64,000 bases of DNA from NCBI GenBank assembly GCA_000165425.1, contig CT868119.1, forward strand, positions 124,001 to 188,000, in the 5' to 3' direction. This DNA comes from Paramecium tetraurelia. Taxonomy: Eukaryota. Below the pieces are notes generated by a model that saw nothing but the letters and a program-made list of their open reading frames with translations, ran no database searches and was not told the origin of the DNA. The translations under genes and the position numbers were made by a program. Below, one piece after another: positions 13,101 through 26,479 of the stretch; the first letter of the stretch is position 1; the number at the start of each line of letters is the position of its first letter.

Positions 13101-14218
13101 ACGATATTTTATTTTTTGTCCTTTAATTTAGTCAAAACAGGAAGCATGATTATTTTAGCATATTAGTTAAAGTTCTTTCTCAATCCATTAGCCATACATC
13201 CAATTATCTTTATACATTAGGTACTTATAATCATTTATTATTCATTCAACAATTTCTTTAATAATTATACGACTGAATATATATTTGGAGATGGCAGGAT
13301 TTTGGGAACAGAACATGACTTCTATAGAGTGTCTAACTACTCCTTCTTCTCTTACCATTTTTCCAATTAAAATACTTTTTCACACCAAGAATCCGTATAT
13401 TTTGAAAATACTTCAACCGCTTCAACTAAATCATACAATTCTTAATTGTTTGTATCAGCTTCCCCCTCTTGATTTGGAGCCTTCTATACTTCAGTGATAG
13501 TCTCTGCCAATTTTTTCAAATCTTATTGCAGTTTCTCATTTAAACCTCCAAAAAAGGCTTCAATATTTTTTCCATACCATTTCGTTACTTCCTTGTAAAA
13601 TGCAACCGCATCTGCTTTTACTGTGCTTTATTGAGCCTCAGTTAATTTGGACATAACAGGAAAAAATGGCTTCAAGTTTTCCAACTTTTTAAGGCCAAAT
13701 TATTGAAGCAACTCTGTTAATAGGGCAATTGTAGCTTAAACAACTTTTGGGTTTTTATGCATCAATTATTAGATTATGATTTCAAAAATAGCAGATTTGC
13801 AAGTAGGAAAAAGTTGGTTTGCCACAGAATAGCCAAGTGGCTTTAATTTTTATTGAGTTAACACTTTCTCTAATAAAACTTTAATAATTTCTTTTTATTA
13901 TGAAGACTCAATTGAGTTATGATTTTCAAAATATTTTTATGCTATCTAAAGCGCTTTCTCTTAGCATTAAATATGTATATCTTATATAATAGAGAGGACA
14001 CATTCACAATCCACTTCTTCGTCATTCACTAATTCTTCATAAGCTTAAAGCCTTACTTTCCAAACTTTAGATTTAATTCGTTACTTTAATGGTAAATCTA
14101 CTTTCTCTGATTATTGAGGATCAAAATCTAATGTATTAATAACTAAAATACCTGGTGGAAACTCCTCTAACATAAAATTCTTTTTTGATTACCCAACCGG
14201 CAATTCATCTATTTACAT
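10199..14218 (-). CDS. XMAP215/ch-TOG family microtubule polymerase (TOG/HEAT repeats)
   Basis: N-terminal LPLKQRIKSKVWKVRLQAYEEL (TOG1 signature), a second TOG with KWQEKKE, HEAT-like helices, internal poly-Q; single-gene extent assumed. Confidence 0.85.
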
Positions 14219-14318
14219 TTTGAATTTATTTTATATAAATTTTTTAATACCCGAACAAATTATTGTTAAATTTTTCATTATAAAATTTATTAGAGTAAAT
14301 TATTTGTCAATCTATTTT

Positions 14319-15190
14319 ATGGAAATGGAAACCCTAAAAAACACCTTCTTGTACTAATATTGGCATAGCAATAATCGAATTCTATTTGAAGGCCGTCTCA
14401 TGATTGGCCCTAAAACAGACATACTAGTAAATAATCATTCAAATATCATTAGGCTAATTTGTTTGTCTGGGGATTGGTCCTAGTATTTCCAATCCCCTTC
14501 TACTTGTCCACCTGGGATAAGACTTGGGATATCTCTCCAGCTATTCCTTTCTTGACGATATTCCTGTAATTGACCACTATTATATTCCTACTCCTCACAT
14601 CCACTACAGAACCAGGCATTATTCCTAAGAAATAACTGCAGTTAGTAGCAGGAACCAATTTTTTCTTGGATCAATTTCCAGATTCCAGATTTTGTGAAAC
14701 ATGCGAGATTTACAAACCTCTCAGAGCCTCCCATTGTAGGTAATTACAATTTTTGTAATCTAGTGATTGTAACAATTGCGTATTAGTCTTTGACCATCAC
14801 TGTCCATTTGTGAATAATTGCATCGGGAAAAGAAATTATAGGTACATATAGAAAATATGCAAAGATATTTCTTTAGCTTCCTAATATCAATATTTGCATT
14901 TGGATTGGCAGTCACAATTTCAGCTTTGTTATGTCTTTCGACGGTGAGCGATTATGAGGATCAAAAGACATTAGTTATTTTATTTTTAGTTCCTGTTATC
15001 ATTGCCTCCTTGGTCGTGTTGATATTTTTTTTGTTTCACGTATTCTTGAGGATTACGTATTTAATTAATTATATGTTTTAGGGGGAAAACCACAAGAGAA
15101 AAATTGAAATAAATATCCAAAACTGGAGACGAAGATTTTGATTGGTTAAACTTGAACGAAAGTTTGTTTTCATTGAGACTTTTAATTTGA
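14319..15190 (+). CDS. DHHC palmitoyl acyltransferase (ERF2/ZDHHC9-like)
   Basis: [61 protein letters not shown] segments; four tiny introns. Confidence 0.95.
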
Positions 15191-16054
15191 TTAATATTTT
15201 TATTATATATCTAACTGTTAATTACATGAATGATTCTATGGGATCTCTGTCAACTAATGATTCCTAGGAGGGACAAGAGAGAAAAAAAAAGAAAAGCAAT
15301 GTGATACTCAAAAAGACAGTCCGACCAATAAATATTAGTTATAATGAAGTTGTTCAATTGCTTAATCCATAAAATTTGTTTATTAACAAAAATTTAGAAG
15401 AATAATTCAATGTCATTCAAATGTATCAATAAATCTTATTTCAATAGAGTACATGAAACTTCATATTTTCCTTACTTTAAATTTATTTTTGATGAAAATT
15501 TAGTATTTTCAGAAAGAAAATGGGATCGTTTACCCACAATGATCAGATTAACGTCATGATTATTGCTATATTATTTAGTTAGAAATTATTATATTATTTA
15601 ATACTAAAATTAGCTATTCGCTATGTACTATTAAAGTAAAAGATCAATTATCTCAGAATTACCATCTAGATGTCAATCAAAATTTTATATGCTTTATTAA
15701 CAAAAATGGGAGAATTTCTTAAATTATCCTTATCTTAAATGTGTTCTTAATAGTATTATTATTAAACCAAATAAATTTTATATAAATGTTATAAAATTTG
15801 TTTGATTAATCAAAACCTTTTCCAAAAGTTTTATAATAAAGCTAATCTAACTCTTAAATGGAAATATTAGAAATGTTATTATAATTCTTCTTTATTCAGA
15901 ATTATAGTTTATATAGTGTAATGTTGATGAAATCAAAGTGCAGTCTGCTAATTTCAAACTAAGTTTGTTTGTCAAAATTGATGATTTGTTTTTGCAAAAT
16001 AATTCACTTTATGTAATAGAAACAGAGTCATAAATTATTATAATTTTGAAATAA

Positions 16055-16750
16055 ATGGATTATGAATATGGATTTGGTTAATTTTATAACCAGGATTTTG
16101 AATTAGCAATATATAAAAAAACAATAGATCAGGATTATAGGAAGATTTCACACAAGTTTGGAAACACTAGCAGATTATCCCCTAACAAACTAGAAATTTA
16201 TAATTAACATCATCTTTATAACAAATTGTTTAAGAATGAAAAGTAGAGGAAAAGCATATAAGTTAAAGCATAGACTATCAATCCGATGACTGCTAAACAC
16301 TTTCTCGACAATAAAGGAAGATTTATCAATTAGACACAAAATAAAGTCTACGATGTAATCAAAGGAAAATATTACATCATGTAACTTGGGCAGATCCCAC
16401 TTACTTATAGATCGAAAACTCCTACTTATTAGTCTTAAAGCGGATAATACACTTAAACCTCATTTTATTAAGGATCGAAAACTCACAGGAAGAGATCAAC
16501 AACTCCTTCATCTTAAAGGTAAACTACTTGTGATGAAATTTTTAAGGCTTGTTAGATTTAACTGAAAGAATAAATGGAATTAAAAGAGACTGTTAATAGA
16601 ATGCGAACTTGGAGTGCGAATCGATACGATAATAATTTTAAAAGACCTTAAAGTTGCTATTAGCATCGAAATCATGAACCAAGACAGAATTAATATATGA
16701 ACTAATTTACTGAGAATATTTTTAAGCTTTCAAGTTCCTTTAAAGACTGA
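16055..16750 (+). CDS. hypothetical protein; 3' end uncertain (16700 if a 1-nt insertion near 16637 is an error)
   Basis: Open frame from MDYEYGFGQFYNQDFELAIYKK to TGA at 16748-16750. Confidence 0.55.
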
Positions 16751-17693
16751 ATCAATTTTTGTTTACTATGAAAATAGAATTTTTAATACATGAATTTATT
16801 AAACCACATAATTTTCGCTAGCATTTGATGTTGACAATTAAAACCATTCTGCCATATATTTATTGTAATCTAAATTTTCACTCCAATCAATGAGATTCTA
16901 GACTTCTTTATCAAATTCATCCTAATTATATGAATATTATTCATACATCATCCATTTCTAAATATTATTTAGTTTAAGTAAAGAAGTCCTATGGTTATTA
17001 CTCCTGTTTCAATTATTGGGTTCCCTCCTTTTATTTTTAAATGCTTTAAGCCCATTTCAATTTATTAAGTCTAGTCTTCTTATTAACCTTTTCCTCTCTC
17101 TTGTCTTTTTTATGATGATAATATCTAATCTTATTGGCTGTGTATAATTCAACGAAGTCTGCTTTAATCATTTATTTGTTAGAGATCTATGGTTATTGAA
17201 ATATATTTAAACTGGTCTCCAGCCATTGTTATCCAATCTTAGATACCATCCTTGATTATCATATTTTTATTGATTTTTTTTATATTCTGAGTAGGCAACT
17301 TTTTCATGAGGAATGGGATCTCTTTGGAGTGATGAGTAATCTCTTGGAGCAAAGGCGTTTAGATCTACAATTCCACCATGGCTATAGATTTTATAATATA
17401 TGATAGGAGGGAATTGCTAGTATAGTATGAGAGGATGATGTACTTCTCCACCAAGTCGAAATCTGATGTGTGATTTACAAGCTGCATCTAATAATTGAGC
17501 CTCGTTGGGGTTGATGGCTTTTAATAATCTAGCAGGGTTTCCTCTATTATTAGCAGTTATTCAGTACTTGCATTTAAATAATATAATATCCTTGTAATAT
17601 TGGAATATTTTTCGATTGGTAAATGCTCTCCAAGCTCTAAGATAAAAAAAAGGAGTTCTACTTCTATATTTTTCTAGCCTATTAATCTTCCAT
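16730..17693 (-). CDS. MFI / C11orf65-like protein (IQ-like N-terminus)
   Basis: ARKIQKAWRAFTNRKIFQYYKDII..GNPARLLKAINPNEAQLLDAACKSHIRFRLGGE/QFPPIIYYKIYSH..FAPRDY and C-terminal LIDWSENLDYNKYMAEW resemble the C11orf65/MFI family. Confidence 0.8.
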
Positions 17694-17732
17694 TATAAAT
17701 AATAATTATATAAAATATTTAACATTCCGTTA

Positions 17733-19677
17733 ATGTCTTCAAAAATCACTATCTATGGTATCATTAATCATGAAGATTCTGATCTTTTCGAAAGTGCAGG
17801 ATCATTAACGTTGAGAACACCTAGGAATGTACCTAATTTCAATGAAACAACCTCATTAAGCATTCCAGGTTACGTCAAATAAATTTGTGCAGGTCAATCT
17901 CACATATTAGCCTTAACTTAAGATGGAAACGTATATAGTTATGGATCAAATTAATTTGGTTAAAGAGGCTCAACAGGACCAGGATTTCAATTAGTGATGA
18001 AGAATGTCCTTTAGATTGCAGCAGGTTTATATCATTCTGTTGCAGCAACACGAGATAATAAAGTATATGTTTGGGGCCGAGGATCAGAAGGATAATTAGG
18101 ATTGGGAGACACAGAGAACGTTGAAAAGCCCACAGAACTCAACATTTAAGGGCAGGAGGTTTGTTGTGGTAGTTTTCACACTCTAGTAAGAAATGGAGAA
18201 ACATGTTATGTGATGGGAGAAAATCAGAATGGATAATTGGGAGTCTTAGGATAACACACAAGTCCTGTGAAATTGAGTATACCTGTTGAATAAATGGCTG
18301 CGGGTTTGGATCATTCTTTGTTTTTATATAAAGGACAAGTAAAATTGAGTTTCAATATTTAGGTTTTTGTTACAGGAAACAACTTATTTGGCTAATGCGG
18401 GGTATCAGAATAAGTAGTAAGAGAGCCTATTAAATTATCGTTAAATTTTGAAGTACAATAAGTGATTGCCTCTATGGGAACATTTAGTTGTGTAATAAGC
18501 AAATAAGGGAAAGTCTATTTTTGGGGAACTGGAAGTTGGGGTTATGCCAGGAAGTGTACTCCATTAGAAGAGTTATGTAAATTAGATGAAGGGTAGAGAG
18601 TGTCATAAGTAATTTCTGGAGAAAATTTTGCAATGCTCAAATGTTTAGATGGATGGTATGTTTTTGGGATGAATAAAATGCCTGAAAATTATTCACAATA
18701 ATAAACACACAGGATCTCAATAAACAAAGTCAATTTAGTTGATGGCTAAATCAGTGCAGGTCTTAACATTGTTTTTGTCTATTCCCATACTCAAGAAGTG
18801 CAAAAACAAACTTAATAAATATGGTCTGTTGATTAAGGATCCTATGTGTCTTAATCATCAGAACAAGAGTATAAATAGAGATCAAGTTATAAATAAAATA
18901 ATGAAATAAGGTAATCCTATTAGATGGCACAATCTGTTGCCTATTAACCATCAAGTGCAATGAAGAGTTCATTTGTTCAACCTTCAGCTTTGAGATAATC
19001 TCAATAAGTTACTAATGTCTCTTAGTTTTCTAATTAAGTTAGTTCCTCCTTATAGTTCTAAAATGAGTATTAATCAAATAAAATTGAATCTAAATAAGGG
19101 AAGGATTACAAACTTAGTGATTTACTTTATCGATCTGATAACAAGTAGGAATTTAGATAGGACCTTAAATTAGATCTTAGATAATCAGAATAGAAAGTCA
19201 GAACAGAATCTAGAACTCCTGATAATAGAAATGATCAAAAATATAATGATAGAAAATCTGATCACAAGGCACCTCCTAAAGAGGATGAACTAAAACATGA
19301 ACTAAAATAAGAATTACTTAAATTAGAAAAGAGATAAGAGCAATTCAAACAAGAAATCATTAGCCAATAATAATAATTGGATAGAAAAAATGAAAATTTG
19401 AAGGAAATAACATTTGGTCTTAAGTCTGATGTTAAACCCCTGTAAGAAAGAAATATTGCATAATAATAACCTTAGAAATGTTATGATTGTTAACATTTTG
19501 TATAAAAAAATGATTACTATTAAAAGCATATTAAATTTTAGGAAGAGGAAATAACTAACCTTAAAAAGGAATTAGAAATTTTGAAAAATCAAATAAAATA
19601 AAAAGATAATTATGTAAATGAATTAGAAAATAGAATTTTAAAATACTAAGAAACTAGTTTTAAATAAGTTGGCTTAC

Positions 19678-19731
<54 letters not shown>

Positions 19732-20060
19732 CAATAATTTATAAACCTACTATGGAAGTTAGATTAAAAAGTGAGGAAAAATAACCAGTTACTAGAGATG
19801 AATAATAAATAAATTACTAAAAAATTATAGATTACTCACCCAAAATTTATAGATAACCTATCATTGATTAATCACCAAAAGAAAGAAACTTTAATACAAG
19901 TATCATTGATAAAATTTAAACATATTAATAATCTGCAAAAGCAGCAAGGCCAGTTCACTAAAATCTAATGAATAGATATTCAGCTCACGAGGTTCAGCCA
20001 TAATAAATATATTAACCAAATACCTATGTTATACCCCAATACTTCAAGGCCAGAAATTGA
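17733..20060 (+). CDS. RCC1-repeat beta-propeller protein with coiled-coil/Gln-rich C-terminus
   Basis: ICAGQSHILALTQDGNVYSYGSNQFGQRG, IAAGLYHSVAATRDNKVYVWGRGSEGQLGLG, VCCGSFHTL, MAAGLDHSL repeats. Confidence 0.9.
19680..19730 (+). repeat. (TAA)17 microsatellite encoding poly-Gln inside the RCC1 gene
   Basis: GGC TTA CAA (TAA)x17 CCA in frame. Confidence 0.9.
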
Positions 20061-20228
20061 GAATGAAATTTGTTATATACTTTAAAATATAAAAAATATT
20101 ATTCTTTTAATATACAATAACTAAAGATATAGGATTGTATATACTTTTGATAAAGTTTCCTTAATATTTCATTCTAGATTTTATATAAAATAAAATAATT
20201 TATAATATTAATGTATAAATTTATATAA

Positions 20229-22026
20229 TCATTAGTTAAGCAGAGAAAATGAAAAATGAGTTAGGTTGTTTTTTTATTTAGTTTTAATTTATGTATTACA
20301 ACCAAAATGATATAACAAATATTTGATTATGATTAAGGTGGTTGCTGTTAATGGATCTTAACAATTCAATTTCTTATCTAAATGTATTAGATTTTGTTGA
20401 AGATGGGAATAGTTTAGTGAGATGTCTTCATTATTAACAAAAAATAATGGCTTGCTAAAATAAACTCTAATCTAAGGAATAATCTATTTAGTAGATTACA
20501 TCAAAGTAAAATGAATGGATTCAATATTATTTTCATTAACTTTAGATGATATCTTTATGAATCCTTCCTTTTTTTTGTCTCTAAATTATAGTAAAGAAAT
20601 AAAGATAATTAATACTGAGTTTAGATCTATGCTTAGATATTATGTTTTTAATTTGTTAATAATCTCCAATTGATACTAGAAGACAGATTTTAACAATTTA
20701 ATAACCTGGTCTGAACTGTATCTCTTGATATGAATTCCATTTAATAAATTAGGAGTCTATAGAATGTTAAGACATACAAAGTAATTCATACATCGCAACT
20801 AAGAAAATCTGTCATTCTTCTCTTTAAAGTAAACGCTTATACAACGTTTGGCCAAAGAAGTAATGAGTCTGTTTTTTAGATTCAACTCTAGTTTATCATG
20901 ATTTTATTAATTATTATTTAAGCATTCAGCAGCCATGATGACCATTTATTGTTCATCAGTCCAATAGGTCACTAATTAAACTTTGAATTAATATTCTAAT
21001 ATGTTAGATTGGCAAATTAGTGAATTTATTAACTTATCTTAGATCCCTTTTTTGCTTATTTCGAATGCAGAACCAGCCGATGAATTACCTTGTAGCATCA
21101 TTCGAATATGTTTTTCAAGTGAGCACTTATTGTCTTCGCCAGAGAGCTTCGATCCTCTAGAATATGTTAACTAAATAAATTATAATAATTAATAATACAT
21201 TTCTGAGAACAGTTCTTAAATCATTATCATTATTAACTTACAATATTTCCTTGGTAATATTATTCATCTAGTGAATTCTTAATTAGTCTTGTTGTTTGTC
21301 CAATTTGATTACTATAATAGATTGTTATAAGACAGTGTCGATTATCTAAAATTCTAAATTAAATTACTGCAAACCATTTTTTCCTCTCTCTGTTATGTAG
21401 AAATTGTAGTCTTTTGCCATTCTCTATGGTATATTTGATCGCGATCATTCCAACAATAATGCATATAAAATTTAATAATAAACCAATGTAGACTTCAGAG
21501 GAATTATATGACCATAAAATGTATACTAACAACAGGCCTATTACTAGAAAGGTTTGTGATAATATTAAATATCCTTGAATAAATATAGCTATGTAAAAAT
21601 GACAAAAATACCGATGTGAAAGTAGCAAGCACAAAAGCCATAATACCAATCATAACTTGAATTAAAGGGGTTATATGAATTGGTTTCCCTAAAAGCATAG
21701 TCAACACTTTGACCCAAAAACAAAATTAATTATAAAATAGGTAAAACTATGTTTATAACACTTGGGTATTTATCTATTAAAAACTTCGAGAAGATTAGAA
21801 AAATGATAACAAATGAGCAACTAAGCAATATGACTAAAAAATAAGGCTGACTCTTCAAATAATAAATTGATTAAAATATCATGTATAACTATTATTTTCA
21901 ATATAAAATTACACATGTTTGTAAAGTGAATGCGGTATACTACTTTTTCACAACTGGTATTTGACTTTCTCTGTACTCTAATTCTAGATTGACCGATTAG
22001 AAGGTTAAAGAGTATTTATTAAACAT
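20229..22026 (-). CDS. multi-pass membrane protein with cytoplasmic C-terminal region (possibly degenerate sensor-kinase-like)
   Basis: MFNKYSLTFQSVNLELEYRESQ followed by several hydrophobic helices, then a soluble region; tiny introns; ends TAA TGA at 20229. Confidence 0.6.
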
Positions 22027-22593
22027 TTAATTATTTACTCTCTTTCAATAATTGGAAAATTAAAAAATGATTTTACAAAAGGTTATTAATAGCAAAAATC
22101 AAAGATATTATGTATTTCAGAACAGAAAACGACCTAGAATTACCTCCAGTTGTCAATAGGCAGAATTAAATAAAAAAAATCTTTTATTAATTAATTCTTT
22201 TTTTAATGTAACTAGGGTTTTTATTACACAAAATATAAAAGCGTAGTTTTTTGAAGAAATTAATTATAATTATAAATTTATTTATGTACATCAAATCTAC
22301 CTAATCAATTAAAAATAGCTAAATTCCTGAAGCCATTAATAAGCCATAACTTACGGTTCCTCTTGATTTATTTATTTATTTATTTAATTAATAATTTAAC
22401 TGAATTGAATAAACATAAAAATATTCAGATTAATCTTAAGATTTAGTTTCAACATTATAATTGGTCTCAAAAACAGAAAATCAACACCGGCTTAGAATTA
22501 ATTATTGATATGAAACAATCTTATCAAAAATATGAATTAAGAATAGCATAATAATTAGCACATATTTTTATAGAATAATCAGATATTATTTTA

Positions 22594-24806
22594 TCATTCT
22601 AAAATGATTACCAATAGATTTAATAAAATATGTAAGTATGTTGAATTAACTGCTTGAGGGTGTTCAGTTTCATCTGGTTTAGCATCTGGATTATCTTAAG
22701 GCTCATCTTCAATAACAACAGGATATGAAACACATTAGGTCTCATTCCAAGCACATTATCCAAAATGACAATACTCCTTTGTCAATAAGGTGCAACCAGC
22801 ATATTCAAATTGGATGCACTATAACTTTTTGTTGGCCAATTTCAATAGAGTACCTAATATTCGATGAGTTATTTACATGGGCCGTAAAAGCAATTATCTG
22901 CTCCGTACAATAGACTACAATCACTAGTACCATCTATGGATTTGCATATTTTTGAATTTGAATTATAAAAGCAATGGTTTGGATCTGAATTGCAAGTTTG
23001 GCTATCTCCATTGTTAGTTTCACAAATATCTAATGGAATGCATTTATCATTTTGTAGTTAACATTTGCTTGAATACATGCAATTTTTTGTTTCTAGTTTT
23101 AAACAAGTCACATTTTCAATGCTTACGCAATATCCATCTTACCAAGAGCAAATGGCTTTCTTACAAGAATCTTCTCTCAATATATCTTTGCAAGCAGTTT
23201 AGCTTGTAACTCTTCTACATATTTATTGATCAGAATCGAAATAACATGATTAGGTTGCATCTTATTCGCACTCTGATTTTGATGCATTGTCTTTGCATTA
23301 TTTTCTTGTTTGACATTTATTTTAGACAATGAAACACTTTTGATTAAGTTTGCAAAAATCTTTATTTAGATCTTCACAACTAAAATCAAAGATAGCCAAA
23401 CATAAGCTTCTGGTCTCTGACCATTAGCACATATTATCTTTGATTATTTTTTGATTACTACAAGCATTTTGACCTAGAAATTCACAATTTGTATTTGTTT
23501 TGATGGTAGAACATTGATTCATAACTTCATCAAAGTAGCAATCCAAAGTATCACAACTATCAGCTGTTTTACCATCACAATTTTAAGTTGAATATTTCCA
23601 ATTGCATATTTATAAATTGTCATCCCAATCGCAATCAATATTGTCTTTACAATTTGAGTGTGCAAATTTCTAACAATAAAAATCTTGAAGAATTTCTTCG
23701 CAAATTTAAGTGTCTTCATTGAATTTACAATTTTTAAATTGACTACACCTCTTTTTGCCAATCTACTTACATTGAATATGTTTTGTCAATTGTTTACATG
23801 ATTATTCATACTCATCGAAATAGCAAAAAAATGTGGATTCATCGCATTTAATTTTCGCTTTGTAATCAGAACAACTTAAATAAGACATACATTTGGTGTC
23901 CTCAAGGTAACAATTTTCATTATTTAAGCATCTGTTTTAATCAAGTGCAGTGCAAGAAACAACTGCATCATTAAACATTTAACATTTTTGATCAATCCAA
24001 ATGCATGGTGCAGTTCCACTGTTGCATTTTTCTACTTATCTAATTAACTCACAAGCTGTTTTTGCACTTATCTTCTTGCATTTACCTTCCTATTCATCAT
24101 AGTAACAATTCAAATCGGAAATCCCACATTCAAAATGAGCATTATTATAATTTATAATCTAAATGAACTCACATCTTGCTTTCAATGTACACTTTGTGAA
24201 ATTATACTCTTCTTTGTCTTTTTCACTCTTTATTACACCAACTATTAATCCAAATTCATATAACCATGATCCAACATTCCTTCCATCCTATTAGTTACTG
24301 TCCACCTCATTCATTAAAGTGTAATTCTAATTCAAATAGAGCACTTGAGTTTGATTTACTAATTCACACTAGTAATTCCATTAGCATAATGCTTTTGGAT
24401 AACTCTAACAAGGAGCCTAATGCCATTCCTTTGATATAGAATAGTATTATACATAGCATCGTTCTTCGATTGGATCCCATAAACAACTTCCCAGTTTACA
24501 TGATTACTCAGTGTTTAATTATTCACAAACTGTGAAAAAATTCAAGTTCTCCAATATTATAAATTAATACCATGCATCTATCATTTACTTTATCAATTAC
24601 CACGCCTGATTCCTTATTTTCAGCTGACAAATATGGCACATTGGCTTCAAGTACGTAACCTAAAGGAATTGCTGTGCATAAGTACAAAAGTTTGATGCTT
24701 TCTAACATTGAGTAATGTCACTTATAGTGGAGCAATTGAAATTCAGATTCTCACTACTAAACACAATGGAACATAGTGCAAATAATAATAGATTATTAAT
24801 CTTCAT
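22594..24806 (-). CDS. cysteine-rich surface (mini-antigen-like) protein, signal peptide plus probable GPI signal
   Basis: MKINNLLLFALCSIVFS, periodic Cys units (C.W...C), hydrophobic C-terminus NSTYLHILLNLLVIILE. Confidence 0.8.
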
Positions 24807-24839
24807 CACTTCCTATATTAAAAAATTATATATGAAAAA

Positions 24840-25288
24840 TTAATCAGCCTTATTATTTTAAATAGGTTGTTCTGGGCGTCCTCTACTTCCTTAAATTCTG
24901 AAAGTCTTCTAATTAATTAGAATACCTTATTGTGTTAGTAGAGGGAGCAAAGTACTCGTTATAGGGACTAACGCTATCAGGAAGTTTAATAAGTTTTTCG
25001 CTTCTTTGATTTAAATAAAGTTCTGGCATTTCATCATTCTTTTACGATTTGAGCTTTAATCAAGATATTAAATACTTATATACTTTACAAAGGTTGTGAT
25101 TGTTCCGATATCGTATCTGCTCTGCCTAATCTCTTTGGTTGCTTATGGTTCGGAGTAAGATCTGCAATAAAGTTCTTGGAAAACTTACGAGTCACTGCCT
25201 ATCTCAAAGAAACAACAGGCACAATTTTTATATCTTATTGTATTTACTCATGCAAAGGTAACAGTACTTGATATTAAAGATAAGTCAT
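24840..25288 (-). CDS. possible short hypothetical gene or remnant
   Basis: Protein-like frame MTYLQYQVLLPLHEQIQQDIKIVPVVSLRQAVTRKFSKNF...; 3' structure unresolved. Confidence 0.3.
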
Positions 25289-25421
25289 CCAGAATCCAAA
25301 AAAAGATATAAATATAATTCCTATTGATATAGCTTTTAATATGTCTCTCCTTTTTTAACTAAAATATAACTATGTATCATTCAATTCAATTAAAACAACA
25401 CCGAAAAAACACATTAATAGT

Positions 25422-25784
25422 ATGATCACTCCTAATACGAGATCAAATAAAGAAGTCAAAATGTTTAAAACAACCATAAATCGTCCTATTTTTATAACTG
25501 AATGTCGAAAAAAAAAAATTATTTCTGCTATCAGTCCCAAGATTAGAATACTGCCTATATTCTCATAAAGTAAATACCTAAACTTAATAAGGTAATTGTA
25601 ATGGGCAATGAGAAATGAAACAGTTCAATTAAGTTCAAAATCCCTGAACCTCCCATTATCATTAAAGTAAGTCCTTAAATCCCATTAGTTATCATCATTA
25701 AGTAAAAGTAATGTTTAAAAGTAAAGAAAATGCAGCAATAACATATACCCACACTTTAATCCTTAAAATCCATTGCAGTATTGA
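25422..25784 (+). CDS. short basic hypothetical protein (120 aa)
   Basis: ATG-to-TGA open frame MITPNTRSNKEVKMFKTTINRPIFITECRKKK. Confidence 0.4.
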
Positions 25785-25870
25785 TTTATTTATTATCAAA
25801 TTAATTGCAAAATACTACGTAATTCTAAACTCTATTACGAGTACTGACCCATGTATACAGTATTATAGCT

Positions 25871-25922
25871 NNNNNNNNNNNNNNNNNNNNNNNNNNNNNN
25901 NNNNNNNNNNNNNNNNNNNNNN
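25871..25922. other. assembly gap (52 N)
   Basis: run of N. Confidence 1.
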
Positions 25923-26479
25923 GAAGTCCCTAACGGGGTAAGTCACCCATGTATACAGTATTAAAGCTTATTATTAATTCATATTCATTAATTTGGGTTA
26001 ATTTTAATCAAAAATTGAAATAATCTATTTATCAGTGGTCAGAATCTTTAACCTATTTTATTATAAATAATTAATGATCTATTTTTGATCAAACTGCATT
26101 TCACAGCATTTTAGTCTTAAAATATAATCTTTTTTTTAAATCAATAAATTCAGCATCATAATTCTAGACACTAACTTATTTATTCCTTATTAACATTTTT
26201 TGGTTTAATTAATTATAGTCTTCATTATTTCAATATATTGATATAATATTTCAAATAAAACTGGATGATTTTACCAAAAAAGATATAAATATCTACTAAC
26301 CTTTATTAATTTTTTGATTATTAATAGATTACCGGAAATAACTGAGATACATGAGAGGAGATGGACAACTATTTAAGATTTAGATTAATTAAGTCAATAT
26401 TTAGATAATTTACATTGACTTTAACAAATTTATTCTATAATTCAATTAAAATATAGTGTAATTAATATTTTTCTGATAA

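Noticed and set aside
25847..25968. 24-bp near-identical direct repeat (ACCCATGTATACAGTATTA[T/A]AGCT) on both sides of the N gap, suggestive of a repeat array, target-site duplication or IES end
   Set aside because: Similarity extends with decaying identity to the start of the right contig, as expected for overlapping low-quality contig ends; only two copies; best read as an assembly artefact
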